Positions 51,488 to 61,077 of a stretch of DNA of 64,000 nucleotides are shown here, piece by piece. The stretch comes from an uncultured delta proteobacterium (GTDB taxonomy: Bacteria > Myxococcota_A > Polyangia > Haliangiales > Haliangiaceae). Both the position numbers and the translations under genes were made by a program. The first letter of the stretch is position 1. Every line of letters starts with the position of its first letter. A model generated the notes under the pieces. The model did not search any database, was not told the DNA's origin, and saw only the letters and a program-made list of their open reading frames with translations. The DNA is taken from assembly GCA_963848295.1 (NCBI GenBank), contig CAWKDB010000010.1, positions 1,952,001 to 2,016,000 of the forward strand, given 5' to 3'.

Positions 51488-52501
51488 ATGATGAGGGTCG
51501 CCGGCGTCGCGCTCATCCTGTGCGCTTGCGGTCGGCTCGAGTTCGTCGACGAACCGAGTCGCGGCGACGCCGGCACAGATGGCGCGCGAACTGTCGACGC
51601 CGCCGACGCCGCGATGGCGCGCAAGACGTTCTGCCTCACGGGTGACCAGATCGACTACGCCTTGGTCTCGCCCGATGGGATCAACTGGACGCAAGAGCCG
51701 CTGCCTTCGACTCAGGCATGGGATGCGATCGGAGCGAGCGACTCCACCTATTGCGTCATCGCGGGCAATACCGATATCGCAGGGCAAGCGACCGCGGCCT
51801 CGGTCGACGGAGTGAGCTGGGCGACCGGAAGCATGCCTGCCGGTGCGCGGTGGAATTCGGTGGCGTGGGACGGCTCGAAGTTCTGCGCCGTGCAGACCGG
51901 CGGGGACAACCTCGCGGCGACGTCGACCGACTGCGTGAATTGGACGTCGCGGACGATGCCATCGTCGAACTACTGGGGCCACGTCGTGTGGAATGGCTCG
52001 CAGTTCGCTGCGATCGGTTTGATCTCGAACGTCGCCGCGACGTCTCCCGACGGCATCGACTGGACCGCGCGCACGCTGCCCTCATCGCAGTACTGGGACG
52101 GCTACCTCGTGTGGAACGGATCGGTGTTTTGCGTGATGGCCGGCTTTGCCACCGACGGCACGACGCCGAGCGCGACGTTCGCAACCTCGCCCGATGGAAT
52201 CACGTGGACCGAAGGCACGATGCCTTCGAGCCAGTTCTGGACCGGGCTGGCGTGGAACGGGTCGACGTTCAGCGCCGTGGCTCAGGCCACGGACGTGGCC
52301 GCAACCTCCCCGGATGGCATCGACTGGACGCTGCAAAAGATGCCGTCCACGCAGGATTGGGCGCTCGACGCTTGGAACGGAACGCTGTTCTTGGCGGTCG
52401 CGAGCGGCACGAACATCGCCGCGACCTCGCCCGACGGGGTCAACTGGACACAGACGACCCTGCCCGCAAGCGCGAACTGGCAGGGACTCGCGGTGAAGTA
52501 G
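51488..52501 (+). CDS. Lipoprotein with Asp-box-like beta-propeller repeats
   Basis: About 7 repeats of AATSPDGIxWT..LPSSQxW..WNGSxF. Confidence 0.8.
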   Translation: MMRVAGVALILCACGRLEFVDEPSRGDAGTDGARTVDAADAAMARKTFCLTGDQIDYALVSPDGINWTQEPLPSTQAWDAIGASDSTYCVIAGNTDIAGQATAASVDGVSWATGSMPAGARWNSVAWDGSKFCAVQTGGDNLAATSTDCVNWTSRTMPSSNYWGHVVWNGSQFAAIGLISNVAATSPDGIDWTARTLPSSQYWDGYLVWNGSVFCVMAGFATDGTTPSATFATSPDGITWTEGTMPSSQFWTGLAWNGSTFSAVAQATDVAATSPDGIDWTLQKMPSTQDWALDAWNGTLFLAVASGTNIAATSPDGVNWTQTTLPASANWQGLAVK

Positions 52502-52587
52502 GCCGCTCGCCGGCAATGGGGCCGCGTGCGCTGCGTCCTGTAGCCTGATCGTACGAATAGGTGGCCGTCGGAGATCGTTATTGCGTG

Positions 52588-53424
52588 ATGCGGTTGCCAG
52601 CGCTGATCGCGTTGCTGCTCACGGGTGGTGTGGCTCGCGCCGATGGTGTCGCGGCCGATCCGATCCATCGGTTCGCGGCGAAGTTCCCGAAGCTTCAAGC
52701 CACGCTCGCCGCACGCAAGCTCGATGCGATCCTGAGCGCGCCCGCACCGTGTGACGCAGATGACGGCACGCCCTCGAAAGCGCCCGCGATCGACGACAAC
52801 ACCGCGGCCTCGACATCGCCCGATGGCAAGACGCTGGTCGTGATCGCGACGCTCGACCTCGACCGCGCCAAAGCGACCGCGCTCGGCATCCCTTGGCGCG
52901 CCGAAGATCCCGACGGCCCGGTCGTCGCGCTCGTGTTCGATGGTCCGAGCGGAGCCATATGGGGCAGCAGGCTGATGAGCTTCTACGCGTGCAACCCGAA
53001 TCATCACACGTTCGACTGGACCGCGAATTCGCATCGCGTCCATGTCTCGGTCGACACCGGCCATGGCGAACGCGTCGCGCTGATCGACCCGACCGGGCCG
53101 ACCCATGGCGTGAAGTTCGTGGGGTTCGTCGGCCTCGATCTCGAATCGCCCGCGATGCAGCACATCGCGTGGATGCCGTGGTCGAGCGGGTGGCCGGCCG
53201 GAGCGCCAGAAGCCGAAGGCGATGAGCTGTGGGTCGACAATCACAAGCTCTGGGGCTCGGCCGATGACGGCGTGAAGATCTGGGGCGTCGCGTGGACGTC
53301 GGAGACCGTGCTGACGTTCTGCGGCCAGGACCCCAAGTCCAAGGCGAGCAGTTACACCGCGACCGTGCGCGGGAAGTCGGTCGTCGTGAAACGCACGGCC
53401 GCGCCCTGCGAGCCCGACGAATAG
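52588..53424 (+). CDS. Secreted hypothetical protein
   Basis: Signal peptide ending VARA; GC-rich third codon positions. Confidence 0.65.
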   Translation: MRLPALIALLLTGGVARADGVAADPIHRFAAKFPKLQATLAARKLDAILSAPAPCDADDGTPSKAPAIDDNTAASTSPDGKTLVVIATLDLDRAKATALGIPWRAEDPDGPVVALVFDGPSGAIWGSRLMSFYACNPNHHTFDWTANSHRVHVSVDTGHGERVALIDPTGPTHGVKFVGFVGLDLESPAMQHIAWMPWSSGWPAGAPEAEGDELWVDNHKLWGSADDGVKIWGVAWTSETVLTFCGQDPKSKASSYTATVRGKSVVVKRTAAPCEPDE

Positions 53425-53428
53425 GCAA

Positions 53429-54601
53429 CTACAGCCAGCCGAACGTGTGTTGGTAGCTGCCGATGACCTCGACGTCGCCGCTCGCATCCTTGATCACGAG
53501 TGACAAGTTGCCGTCTTGCGACGCGATGATCGCGGCGGCCTCGTGGGGATGGCGCATGCAGAACAGCACGCCCGCGGGATGGCGCGTGCCCTTGAACGTC
53601 GACAAGTCGTCGATGTGAACGTCTTCGCTGTACGGGTTCACGTGGCGAAAGCTGGTCGTCGGCGCCGCGCCCTCGATGACCTGGACACCAAAGCCGCGCA
53701 CCGTGAGGTTCGTGTCGAGCAGGAGCGCGTTGTCGATCGCGGTCAGGCGCGCCACGAGCTCGATCGCTTCGGCGAACGCGATCTGCGCTTCATCGCGAAC
53801 CAACGCTCGACCGTCGGCGCCGCGCGGGCGCGAGCCGACCAGCCTCGGCAGGCGGTCGTCGACATGGACATCGCGGATCACCCGCGCGTACCGCTCGACG
53901 AGCACGTCGGCCCCGTCGCCAACCGGGTAGTGCGCCCGCACGCCGACCGGCGTGTCGACCGCCGCGGGAATCAACAAGATCATTCCGCCGTGGCCGTGTG
54001 CGAGCACGCGCGCCGCGATTCGCGTGACGACCGCGGCGCGAAGATCGACACCGATCGTCGGGTGCGCATCTGCGGCCCACTCGGCAAACGTGCGAGTCAG
54101 CTCGCGCGCCGGGGACTTCACGCGATGTGCACCGCCGAGCAGATGGATCTCGCCGCGCGAGTAGAGCGCGCGCGTCACGCCGGCATACTCGACGCGCAAC
54201 ACGCCCGCGCCGAGCGCGCGAAGGGTGAGCGGCTGATGCGCGGCAAGACTGCGCTCGATCAACGCCCACGCGACGAGCTCGTCGCCATCAGCACGCACCG
54301 CGATCGAGGTCGCGTCGCCTCGCGTTGCGGGTGCGAGCTTCGCGAGGTTCTTCGGCGTGACGCGCACGGCGGACGCGAGCTCCACCACCGCGGCGCAATC
54401 TCGAGCTTTCGGCTCCCAGGCGACGCCGAACTCGACCCGGCGTGCTTCCTCGGCGTGCAGGCTCGCGAAGAACGTCGCGTCGATCAGCGCGACGAGCTGC
54501 GCGTCACTCGGCAGCGGCGAGCCGGGCTCGGCGAGCTCGGCGAGGTGACTCGCGAGCTGCGCCGCAAACTCGTTCGACGATCGTAAGAGCTCTGCATCCA
54601 C
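53429..54601 (-). CDS. DisA_N/diadenylate-cyclase-like protein with N-terminal sensor-like domain
   Basis: FFASLHAEE, HGHGGMILL, LTAIDNALLL, GFG, GTRHPAG and SQDG. Confidence 0.72.
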   Translation of the reverse strand: MDAELLRSSNEFAAQLASHLAELAEPGSPLPSDAQLVALIDATFFASLHAEEARRVEFGVAWEPKARDCAAVVELASAVRVTPKNLAKLAPATRGDATSIAVRADGDELVAWALIERSLAAHQPLTLRALGAGVLRVEYAGVTRALYSRGEIHLLGGAHRVKSPARELTRTFAEWAADAHPTIGVDLRAAVVTRIAARVLAHGHGGMILLIPAAVDTPVGVRAHYPVGDGADVLVERYARVIRDVHVDDRLPRLVGSRPRGADGRALVRDEAQIAFAEAIELVARLTAIDNALLLDTNLTVRGFGVQVIEGAAPTTSFRHVNPYSEDVHIDDLSTFKGTRHPAGVLFCMRHPHEAAAIIASQDGNLSLVIKDASGDVEVIGSYQHTFGWL

Positions 54602-54619
54602 GGCGCCAGGATAGCAGCG

Positions 54620-55075
54620 TCACTTCGCGCCCGCGGCCGACTTGAGCGCCGATACGCCGCGAGTCTCGAACAGGTTCGCGACGACGCCCTCGATGCAATC
54701 GGCGAGCGCGATGTCGTCGATGCCTTCGACCGTCGCATCGCCACTCAACACGGCCACCATCGCCTGGCTCGGCAGCGCGATGATCGCGACGCCGACGCCG
54801 CACACCAAGCCGTCGGTCTGCTCGACCCTCTTGAGGCTGACGTGGACCTCGTACGCGGCGTTACCCGCGGCCGCCGACAGCACGCCGAGGTGATGCTCGG
54901 ACGACGTCTTGACCATCGCCTCGCGACCGCCGCTCGTCGAGTCTTCATACGACAGCGTCACACCGTGCGGAACGACGGCGGGTGCGACTGGCGGCTGCGC
55001 CGGGGCCGGCTTCGTCGGCGCACCGCACGCCGCGCCGAGGAGAGCGAGCGCCGAGCTGACACGAAGCGAGCCCAT
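54620..55075 (-). CDS. Hypothetical lipoprotein
   Basis: Lipobox LGAAC followed by a Pro-rich linker. Confidence 0.6.
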   Translation of the reverse strand: MGSLRVSSALALLGAACGAPTKPAPAQPPVAPAVVPHGVTLSYEDSTSGGREAMVKTSSEHHLGVLSAAAGNAAYEVHVSLKRVEQTDGLVCGVGVAIIALPSQAMVAVLSGDATVEGIDDIALADCIEGVVANLFETRGVSALKSAAGAK

Positions 55076-55113
55076 CCGCTTTGTTCGTACACCATTCCCG
55101 GTACGCTCGCGCC

Positions 55114-55926
55114 ATGAACTGGCCATCTCCGTTCACCAGCCATCGTTCGGTGCAAGTCGGCGCGGTCGAGACCCATGTCGCAGCGTGCGGCGACGGCCCG
55201 CCGGTGCTGTTCCTGCACGGCAATCCCGACACCCACTCGGTGTGGAGCTCCACCGTCGCGCTCTTGACCGGTTATCGCTGCCTCGCGCCCGACCTCCCGG
55301 GATTCGGCGCGTCGCGTGCGCCGGCAGACTTCGACATGTCGCTCGAGAACCAAGGCGACTTCGTGCGCGGTCTCGCGGCCGCACTCGAGCTCGATCGCTT
55401 CCACCTCGTCGTGCACGATATCGGCGGCGCGTTCGGGCTCGCGTTCGCGGCGCAGCATCCCGAGCGGGTGCTCTCGCTGACGATGTTCAACACCGGCTTC
55501 TTCCCGGACTTGCGCTGGCACTTCTGGGCGCGGGTGTGGCGGACGCGCGTGCTCGGCGAGATCTCATTGGCGCTGATGAACCGACCGTTGTTCGCGCGCG
55601 AGCTGAAGCGCGGATCGCCCGGCATGCCGCCGGAGTACGCCGCCCACGCGTACGGCGAGCTCACGCCTGCGATGAAGAAGATCACGCTGCGCTGGTATCG
55701 CGCGATGGATCCGGACGTGTGGACCGGCTGGGACACGCGGTTCCTCGCGGCGACCGAAACCGTTCCAAAGCTGACGCTGTGGGGCGACCTCGATCCGTTC
55801 TTGCCGTCGAGCTTCGCCGACCGGTTCGGCGGCGAGGCGAAACATGTCGCGGATTGCGGCCATTGGCTCATGGTGGAACAGCCAGGGCTCGCGGCGACCG
55901 CGATGCGCGCGTTGTTCGAGCGCTAG
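55114..55926 (+). CDS. Alpha/beta hydrolase, epoxide hydrolase / haloalkane dehalogenase-like
   Basis: LHGNP, DLPGFG, HDIGG, WGDLD and GHW. Confidence 0.9.
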   Translation: MNWPSPFTSHRSVQVGAVETHVAACGDGPPVLFLHGNPDTHSVWSSTVALLTGYRCLAPDLPGFGASRAPADFDMSLENQGDFVRGLAAALELDRFHLVVHDIGGAFGLAFAAQHPERVLSLTMFNTGFFPDLRWHFWARVWRTRVLGEISLALMNRPLFARELKRGSPGMPPEYAAHAYGELTPAMKKITLRWYRAMDPDVWTGWDTRFLAATETVPKLTLWGDLDPFLPSSFADRFGGEAKHVADCGHWLMVEQPGLAATAMRALFER

Positions 55927-55982
55927 AGGAATTGAGCGCCGCCACGGCAGATCGTTGCGCCCGTCCGTGCGTAGATAGAGGG

Positions 55983-56702
55983 ATGAACGCTGGTTGGCGC
56001 AGTCTCGGTGTCGCGTGTGCGCTCGTCGCCTGTCAGCAGGCCAAGTCGACGACCGGACCGACGGTCCCTGCCGCGGGCCTCGGTGAAGTCGGTCACGAAC
56101 GCGGCGATTGCAGACCGGACAAGACCTGCGAACCGAATCTGCTGTGCCTGTCGAACCTGTGCGTGCGACCGCCCCCGGCCGACTGCGCCCCGATCGCCGA
56201 ACAGCTGGCTTCGTTCGAGCTCGGCAACTATGCGGAGCCGGAAGCGCGCGCGCCTGTCGTCGCGAAGTACAAGACGCAATGCGAGACCTCGATGGTCAGC
56301 AAGGAAGAAGGCACGTGCATGGCCCAAGCACACGACAAGTGGGCCGCGGCGCAATGCGTGCCTCGGATGTTCCCGGATCTCGCATCGACGAGCGACACCG
56401 GCCAGTGCGACGCGATCTCGCAAAAGATCTCGGCCGCGCTCGACAAGCAAACGAACTACGGCAACAACCCGCAGATGAAGGGCTGGCTCGACACCACGAT
56501 CCGCGTGGTCAAGGAATCGTGCCTGCAAGACCACTGGCCCGATGCGCTCAAGCACTGCGTGTTGGCGACGAACATGCCGCAGAACCCGATGGCATTTCAG
56601 GGCTGCGAAAAAGACATGCCGCCCGAGCTGACCCAAAAGGTCCAACAGCGGATGACCGAGGCGATGCAGGCCTGGTCCGCTCACCAAAACGGTGGCGGCT
56701 AA
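55983..56702 (+). CDS. Cys-rich lipoprotein
   Basis: Lipobox LVAC; CEPNLLCLSNLCV; repeated C..W..C helical units. Confidence 0.75.
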   Translation: MNAGWRSLGVACALVACQQAKSTTGPTVPAAGLGEVGHERGDCRPDKTCEPNLLCLSNLCVRPPPADCAPIAEQLASFELGNYAEPEARAPVVAKYKTQCETSMVSKEEGTCMAQAHDKWAAAQCVPRMFPDLASTSDTGQCDAISQKISAALDKQTNYGNNPQMKGWLDTTIRVVKESCLQDHWPDALKHCVLATNMPQNPMAFQGCEKDMPPELTQKVQQRMTEAMQAWSAHQNGGG

Positions 56703-58459
56703 GGAATCACGACGACGGAGTTGATCTTTCCGACGTTGCCCCCGGCGGGGTACGCGTACGACGAGAACGCCGCGAGCCCCCACACCATGATGTTGAACGC
56801 GCCCGCACTCGAAGCGGTGTGGCGACCGTTCGTACAGGTGCCGACCGGCGTCAACCGCTCGAGATCGACGTTCGTGACCTCGTACTGCGTACCGTCACCA
56901 ACCGGCGTCCAGCCGCTGATCGTGCCGAGGCAATCGACCATGACATCTTGAAAGCCAGCAGTGCCCGCTTTGCGCACGAGCACGAGGTTCGTCGTGGTGT
57001 AGGTCGGATCGGTGAAGAACACGTAGCTCGACAGCCACTGCGCCGGCGGCAAGATGTTGACGTACTCCTCGTCGCCGAGGCACGTGCCCTCGTTGGGGTC
57101 GTTCGCGCCCGGGCGACTGCCGCTCGTGGTGAAGCAGCCGGTCATGTATTGGCCGACGTAGAACGGGTGCATCGCGTCTTGGCTCGTGACGATGAACGGC
57201 ACGGTCGATTGGAACTCGGCCACCTCGCCGACGTCGAGCGCGGTCGGTGCACCTGCCACGGCCGGCGAATAGGTCAGCGTCGTCCCCGCGGTGGTGCCGA
57301 CGACGCGATAGATGATCGACTCGGGCATCAGATCGGCGCGCCGGGTCGCGTACGGCGGCGCGACATATTCCGAGCCGAGCGCCGAGACCGGTGGGATCTC
57401 CTGGTGCGCGGAGTCGCAACCGCCGCCGGTCGAGGTCGTCGACGACAGGCAGAGCTCGCCCGAGCCGCCGGTGAACGACACCGGGTTGTTAGAGCTGATG
57501 ATGCTGCCGGCCATGTCGCCGGAGTCCTGCCACTGGATGTACTGCCCGGCGTCCAGCGTGTACGAGGTCGTCGTGCTCGCCGGTGCCGCTACGACGCCCG
57601 TGCCGGCCGGCAACGCCGACGTCGGCTTGATCTGCACGGTGGTGCCGTCGGTCGCCGCCACGATCTGACCCCAGCCCGGACCGCCGGTCGGCTTGGGGCC
57701 CGCCGCGACGTAGTTCGTGCCCCACGCGGTCGTCGGCAACAGCAGCTCGGCGCTCGGCAAGTACGAGGTCGCGCCGCCGTACGGCAAGATGTCGTACGCG
57801 CTGACCGGAAAGCTGGTCGTGACGTGGAACGACGTGCCGATTCCGGTCGAGCTCGCGGTTCCGCTCCACACCGCCGACCCGGTCGAGGCCGACACCGCCG
57901 GCGTGATCGGACAGGTGATCATCGTGCCGTTGTTGATCGAATTCGGGTCGGACGACAGGAACACGACGCCGACGCTCGAGCTCGCGATCCCGGTCGAGGA
58001 GATCGCCGGCCAGTTCGCCACCGTCGCGGTGCCGTCGGGAACCCGGCCGAACATCGTCGGGTCGTAGCTCGTGCCGCCGCGCGAGATCGTGATCGTGGTG
58101 TTCTCGGGCCAGTTGTTCGCGAGGAACATCGCGAAGCACGGCGGGCGGTCGGTGTCGTAGAACGACGGCGTCGCGACGACGAAGTCGCAGCCGACCGAGC
58201 CTTGGCTCGCCGCGGCGGCCTGACACGCGGGCACGCACACCCCGGCGGCGCAACCTTGGTCGTCGGGACATGTCGCGATGACGTTGCCGTTACCGTCGAG
58301 CACGTTGTGCAGATCCGAGCTGCACGACGCGCCCGCGATCGGCCCGTCGCCGTTGCCAGGACCGCCGTCACCGCTGCCGTTACCACCGCGGCGGGTCGGC
58401 CCACACGCGACCGCGAGAGTGGCGAGCGAGGCGAGCGCGATCGTTGTCAGGGGCTGCAC
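56699..58459 (-). CDS. IgGFc-binding protein N-terminal domain lipoprotein
   Basis: SVGCDF, SAELLLPTTAWGTNY, QEIPPVSALGSEY and SYAYPAG. Confidence 0.82.
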   Translation of the reverse strand: MQPLTTIALASLATLAVACGPTRRGGNGSGDGGPGNGDGPIAGASCSSDLHNVLDGNGNVIATCPDDQGCAAGVCVPACQAAAASQGSVGCDFVVATPSFYDTDRPPCFAMFLANNWPENTTITISRGGTSYDPTMFGRVPDGTATVANWPAISSTGIASSSVGVVFLSSDPNSINNGTMITCPITPAVSASTGSAVWSGTASSTGIGTSFHVTTSFPVSAYDILPYGGATSYLPSAELLLPTTAWGTNYVAAGPKPTGGPGWGQIVAATDGTTVQIKPTSALPAGTGVVAAPASTTTSYTLDAGQYIQWQDSGDMAGSIISSNNPVSFTGGSGELCLSSTTSTGGGCDSAHQEIPPVSALGSEYVAPPYATRRADLMPESIIYRVVGTTAGTTLTYSPAVAGAPTALDVGEVAEFQSTVPFIVTSQDAMHPFYVGQYMTGCFTTSGSRPGANDPNEGTCLGDEEYVNILPPAQWLSSYVFFTDPTYTTTNLVLVRKAGTAGFQDVMVDCLGTISGWTPVGDGTQYEVTNVDLERLTPVGTCTNGRHTASSAGAFNIMVWGLAAFSSYAYPAGGNVGKINSVVVIP

Positions 58460-58573
58460 CCGGCGACGATAACGCTCCTTGCGAGGACTCCGTGAACTAT
58501 CTCGTGACAATGAGCGCGCTAGCGCGCGTGGTCGAGGTGCTCGAGCAAGAACCGCGAGATCGCGGACGGCTGC

Positions 58574-59461
58574 CTAGCGCCCGCCGCTCTGGCCGCACAG
58601 CCCGCCGAACTCGCTCGACGGCTGGCAGGTGTCGCCGCCGGTGCAGTCGGCGTCGGTCGTGCACTCGTTCGACGCGTGGCAATAGCCGTCGGCCGCGCAG
58701 CCGCCGCCGTCGACACAATCGCCGCCGTTGACGCACGGTAGCCGGCACGCATCGCCGACCTGGACGCAGACCGGATCGGCGTTCGGCACGCACACGAGGT
58801 AGCCGTCGTTCTCCCAACCGGCCGGCGTGCCGCACGTGTTGTTCGGGTCACAGTCGGCCGTCGTCGCGCACTCGTCGGAGTCGTGGCAGAACCCGGCGAC
58901 GCAGTTATTGCCGGTCCCGCAGTCATCCGACGTCGTGCACTCGTCGCGGCATTCGCCGCCGCCGGTGCTCCTGCAGTACGGGTTCGGGCCGCCGCGATCT
59001 TCGGTGCAGAAGCCTTGCATGCTCTCGCCGGGTGCCGCGCAGATCTGATCTCCCGGGCAGACGCCGGCGAGCGTGCCGTCGGCTTGCACGGTGAGCGTGC
59101 AGCTACCATCGACGTGACAGATCAGATCGGAGCCGCAGCCTTCGTCGAGCGGACAGTCCTTGCCGGTGGTACAGCTCCACGCGGGCAGCGGCGCGGGAGG
59201 CTGGCCGGCGGCGGTGCACAGGCCGCCGAAGTCCGGATCGGCGATGCACGTCGTGCCGCTCGCGCAGTCGGCGTCCGAGCTGCATTCGTTATCGGCGTGG
59301 CATGCGTTCGCGACGCAACTGCCTCCACGGGCGGAGCAATCGGCGGTCGTGGAACACTCGATCTGAGCAGTCGGCTCGAGGTGCTCGGGTTTGGTGGCAC
59401 AGCCGGCCAGCAAGGCCATCGTGAAAACGGCCTTGAGAACGTTACGGATTTCGGTAGTCAT
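58574..59461 (-). CDS. Cys-rich repeat lipoprotein
   Basis: GGAGG RBS, lipobox LLAGC, many ECxxxxDC..C repeats. Confidence 0.82.
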   Translation of the reverse strand: MTTEIRNVLKAVFTMALLAGCATKPEHLEPTAQIECSTTADCSARGGSCVANACHADNECSSDADCASGTTCIADPDFGGLCTAAGQPPAPLPAWSCTTGKDCPLDEGCGSDLICHVDGSCTLTVQADGTLAGVCPGDQICAAPGESMQGFCTEDRGGPNPYCRSTGGGECRDECTTSDDCGTGNNCVAGFCHDSDECATTADCDPNNTCGTPAGWENDGYLVCVPNADPVCVQVGDACRLPCVNGGDCVDGGGCAADGYCHASNECTTDADCTGGDTCQPSSEFGGLCGQSGGR

Positions 59462-59563
59462 CAGTCCCTCCATGCCCGGCTTAGTGCTTCGCTTCGCGCT
59501 CGATCGAAAAAGTTTTTCGATTCGCGATCGAGTGCGCATCAAAGGCTCTGCTTGCAACCAACG

Positions 59564-60460
59564 GTGATCTCCGGACTCGTGCTCGCGCTCGTGCTCAGCT
59601 CACGGGCGGCGAGCGGCGATCCGCTCAGCGTGCGGAGCACCGGCACGTTGCCGTTCAGCGATGCCGAGCTCGAGTCCGCGCTCGCCGTACGCGCCGCGCT
59701 GGCGCCGGCCGGATCGCCATCGCGCTTGATCGCGGAGGTCAGCGGCGACGCGGCGGCGGCGAAGGTGAACGTCCTCGGCCGCGAGCGGATCGTCGCGCTC
59801 GATGGGCAGCGCGGCGGCGATGCCGCGCGGTTGGTCGCGTTTGCGATCCTCGAGCTCGCCGGCGATCAGCTCGATCCACCCGCCGGGACGACCGGTGCAG
59901 CGCTGGCTCCGCTCGCCCCGGCGATCGTCGACGTCACCGCGCCGATCGCGAACGCGCGGCCGCGGGTCGGCGCACCGCGCTGGACCGTGGGTGTGTGGGC
60001 GTCGGCGGGAGCGCGCGATGACGTGGCGGTCGAGGTCGGCGTGCCGATCGCCGGCGCGTTCCGGGCGCTGATCTCGATCGGGCTCGATCGCACGGCGACG
60101 GCGACGGCGATGGCCGACACGGTCGAGCTGCGCGATGTGCCGGCGCGCGTCGGCGTGGCGTATCGCCCGATCGTGACGCGGTTCGGAGCGCTCGAGTTCC
60201 GAGCGACCGCGCTCGCGGTGATCGAATCGGCGTCGGCGGCGCGCAGCCAGTCCGAAGTCTTGTGGGGCGGCGGCGGTGCCGTCGTGTGGGCGGTGCCGGT
60301 GATCGCGCACGGCGATGTCGGCGTGACCGCGCAGCTCGGGCTCGGCGTCGACGGGTTCGCGTCGTCGATCGACTATCAGGTCGGGGGCCATTCGATCGTG
60401 ACGACCGATCGGGTCGCATGGTGGGGCGGCGTCGGCGTCGCGGCGGAGCTGTGGCGATGA
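59564..60460 (+). CDS. Exported hypothetical protein, possible beta-barrel C-terminus
   Basis: Signal-like N-terminus, alternating beta pattern, coupled to the sigma gene; start uncertain. Confidence 0.6.
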   Translation: MISGLVLALVLSSRAASGDPLSVRSTGTLPFSDAELESALAVRAALAPAGSPSRLIAEVSGDAAAAKVNVLGRERIVALDGQRGGDAARLVAFAILELAGDQLDPPAGTTGAALAPLAPAIVDVTAPIANARPRVGAPRWTVGVWASAGARDDVAVEVGVPIAGAFRALISIGLDRTATATAMADTVELRDVPARVGVAYRPIVTRFGALEFRATALAVIESASAARSQSEVLWGGGGAVVWAVPVIAHGDVGVTAQLGLGVDGFASSIDYQVGGHSIVTTDRVAWWGGVGVAAELWR

Positions 60461-61077
60461 TCCTCGGCGCATTCTTCGGCGCGTTGTGGCGAGCTCCGGA
60501 TCCGGCCGCGCAGGCGGGCGACGCGAACGCCGAGCTCGTGCGACGGGCGATCGCCGGCGAGCGCCGCGCGTTCGACGAGCTGTATCATGCGCATGCCGCT
60601 GGCGTGTACCGACTGATCACGCGGCTCGTCGGTGCCGGCGCAGATCGCGACGATCTCGTCCAGCAGGCGTTCCTCGAGGCGTTTCGCTCGTTGCCGAAGT
60701 TCCGCGGCGACGCCGCGTTCGCGACGTGGCTGCATCGCATCGCGGTCAACGTCGCGTATCAACATCTGCGCCGCCGCAAGCTCGCGAGCTGGGAAGAGAT
60801 CTCGGATCAGCTGCCGGCGCCGCTCGCGAAGTCGCCCGAGCACGAAGCGCGACAGCAGCAAGATCTGACCCGCGCGCTGCGCTACCTGTCCGCGCTCAAG
60901 CCGCGCAAGCGCATCGCGTTCGTGTTGCGCGTCGTCGAGGGGATGTCGCTCGGCGAGATCGGCGAGCTGGTCGGCGCGAGCTCCGCGGCGGTCGGCCAAC
61001 GAGTCAAACACGCCCAACGCGAGCTGGTCGCGATGGCAGAGCGCGATCGCCTGCGAACCCCGGAGGAGGCCCGATGA
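60457..61077 (+). CDS. ECF RNA polymerase sigma-70 factor
   Basis: DDLVQQAF, FATWLHRIAVN and region 4 VEGMSLGEIG. Confidence 0.92.
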   Translation: MILGAFFGALWRAPDPAAQAGDANAELVRRAIAGERRAFDELYHAHAAGVYRLITRLVGAGADRDDLVQQAFLEAFRSLPKFRGDAAFATWLHRIAVNVAYQHLRRRKLASWEEISDQLPAPLAKSPEHEARQQQDLTRALRYLSALKPRKRIAFVLRVVEGMSLGEIGELVGASSAAVGQRVKHAQRELVAMAERDRLRTPEEAR

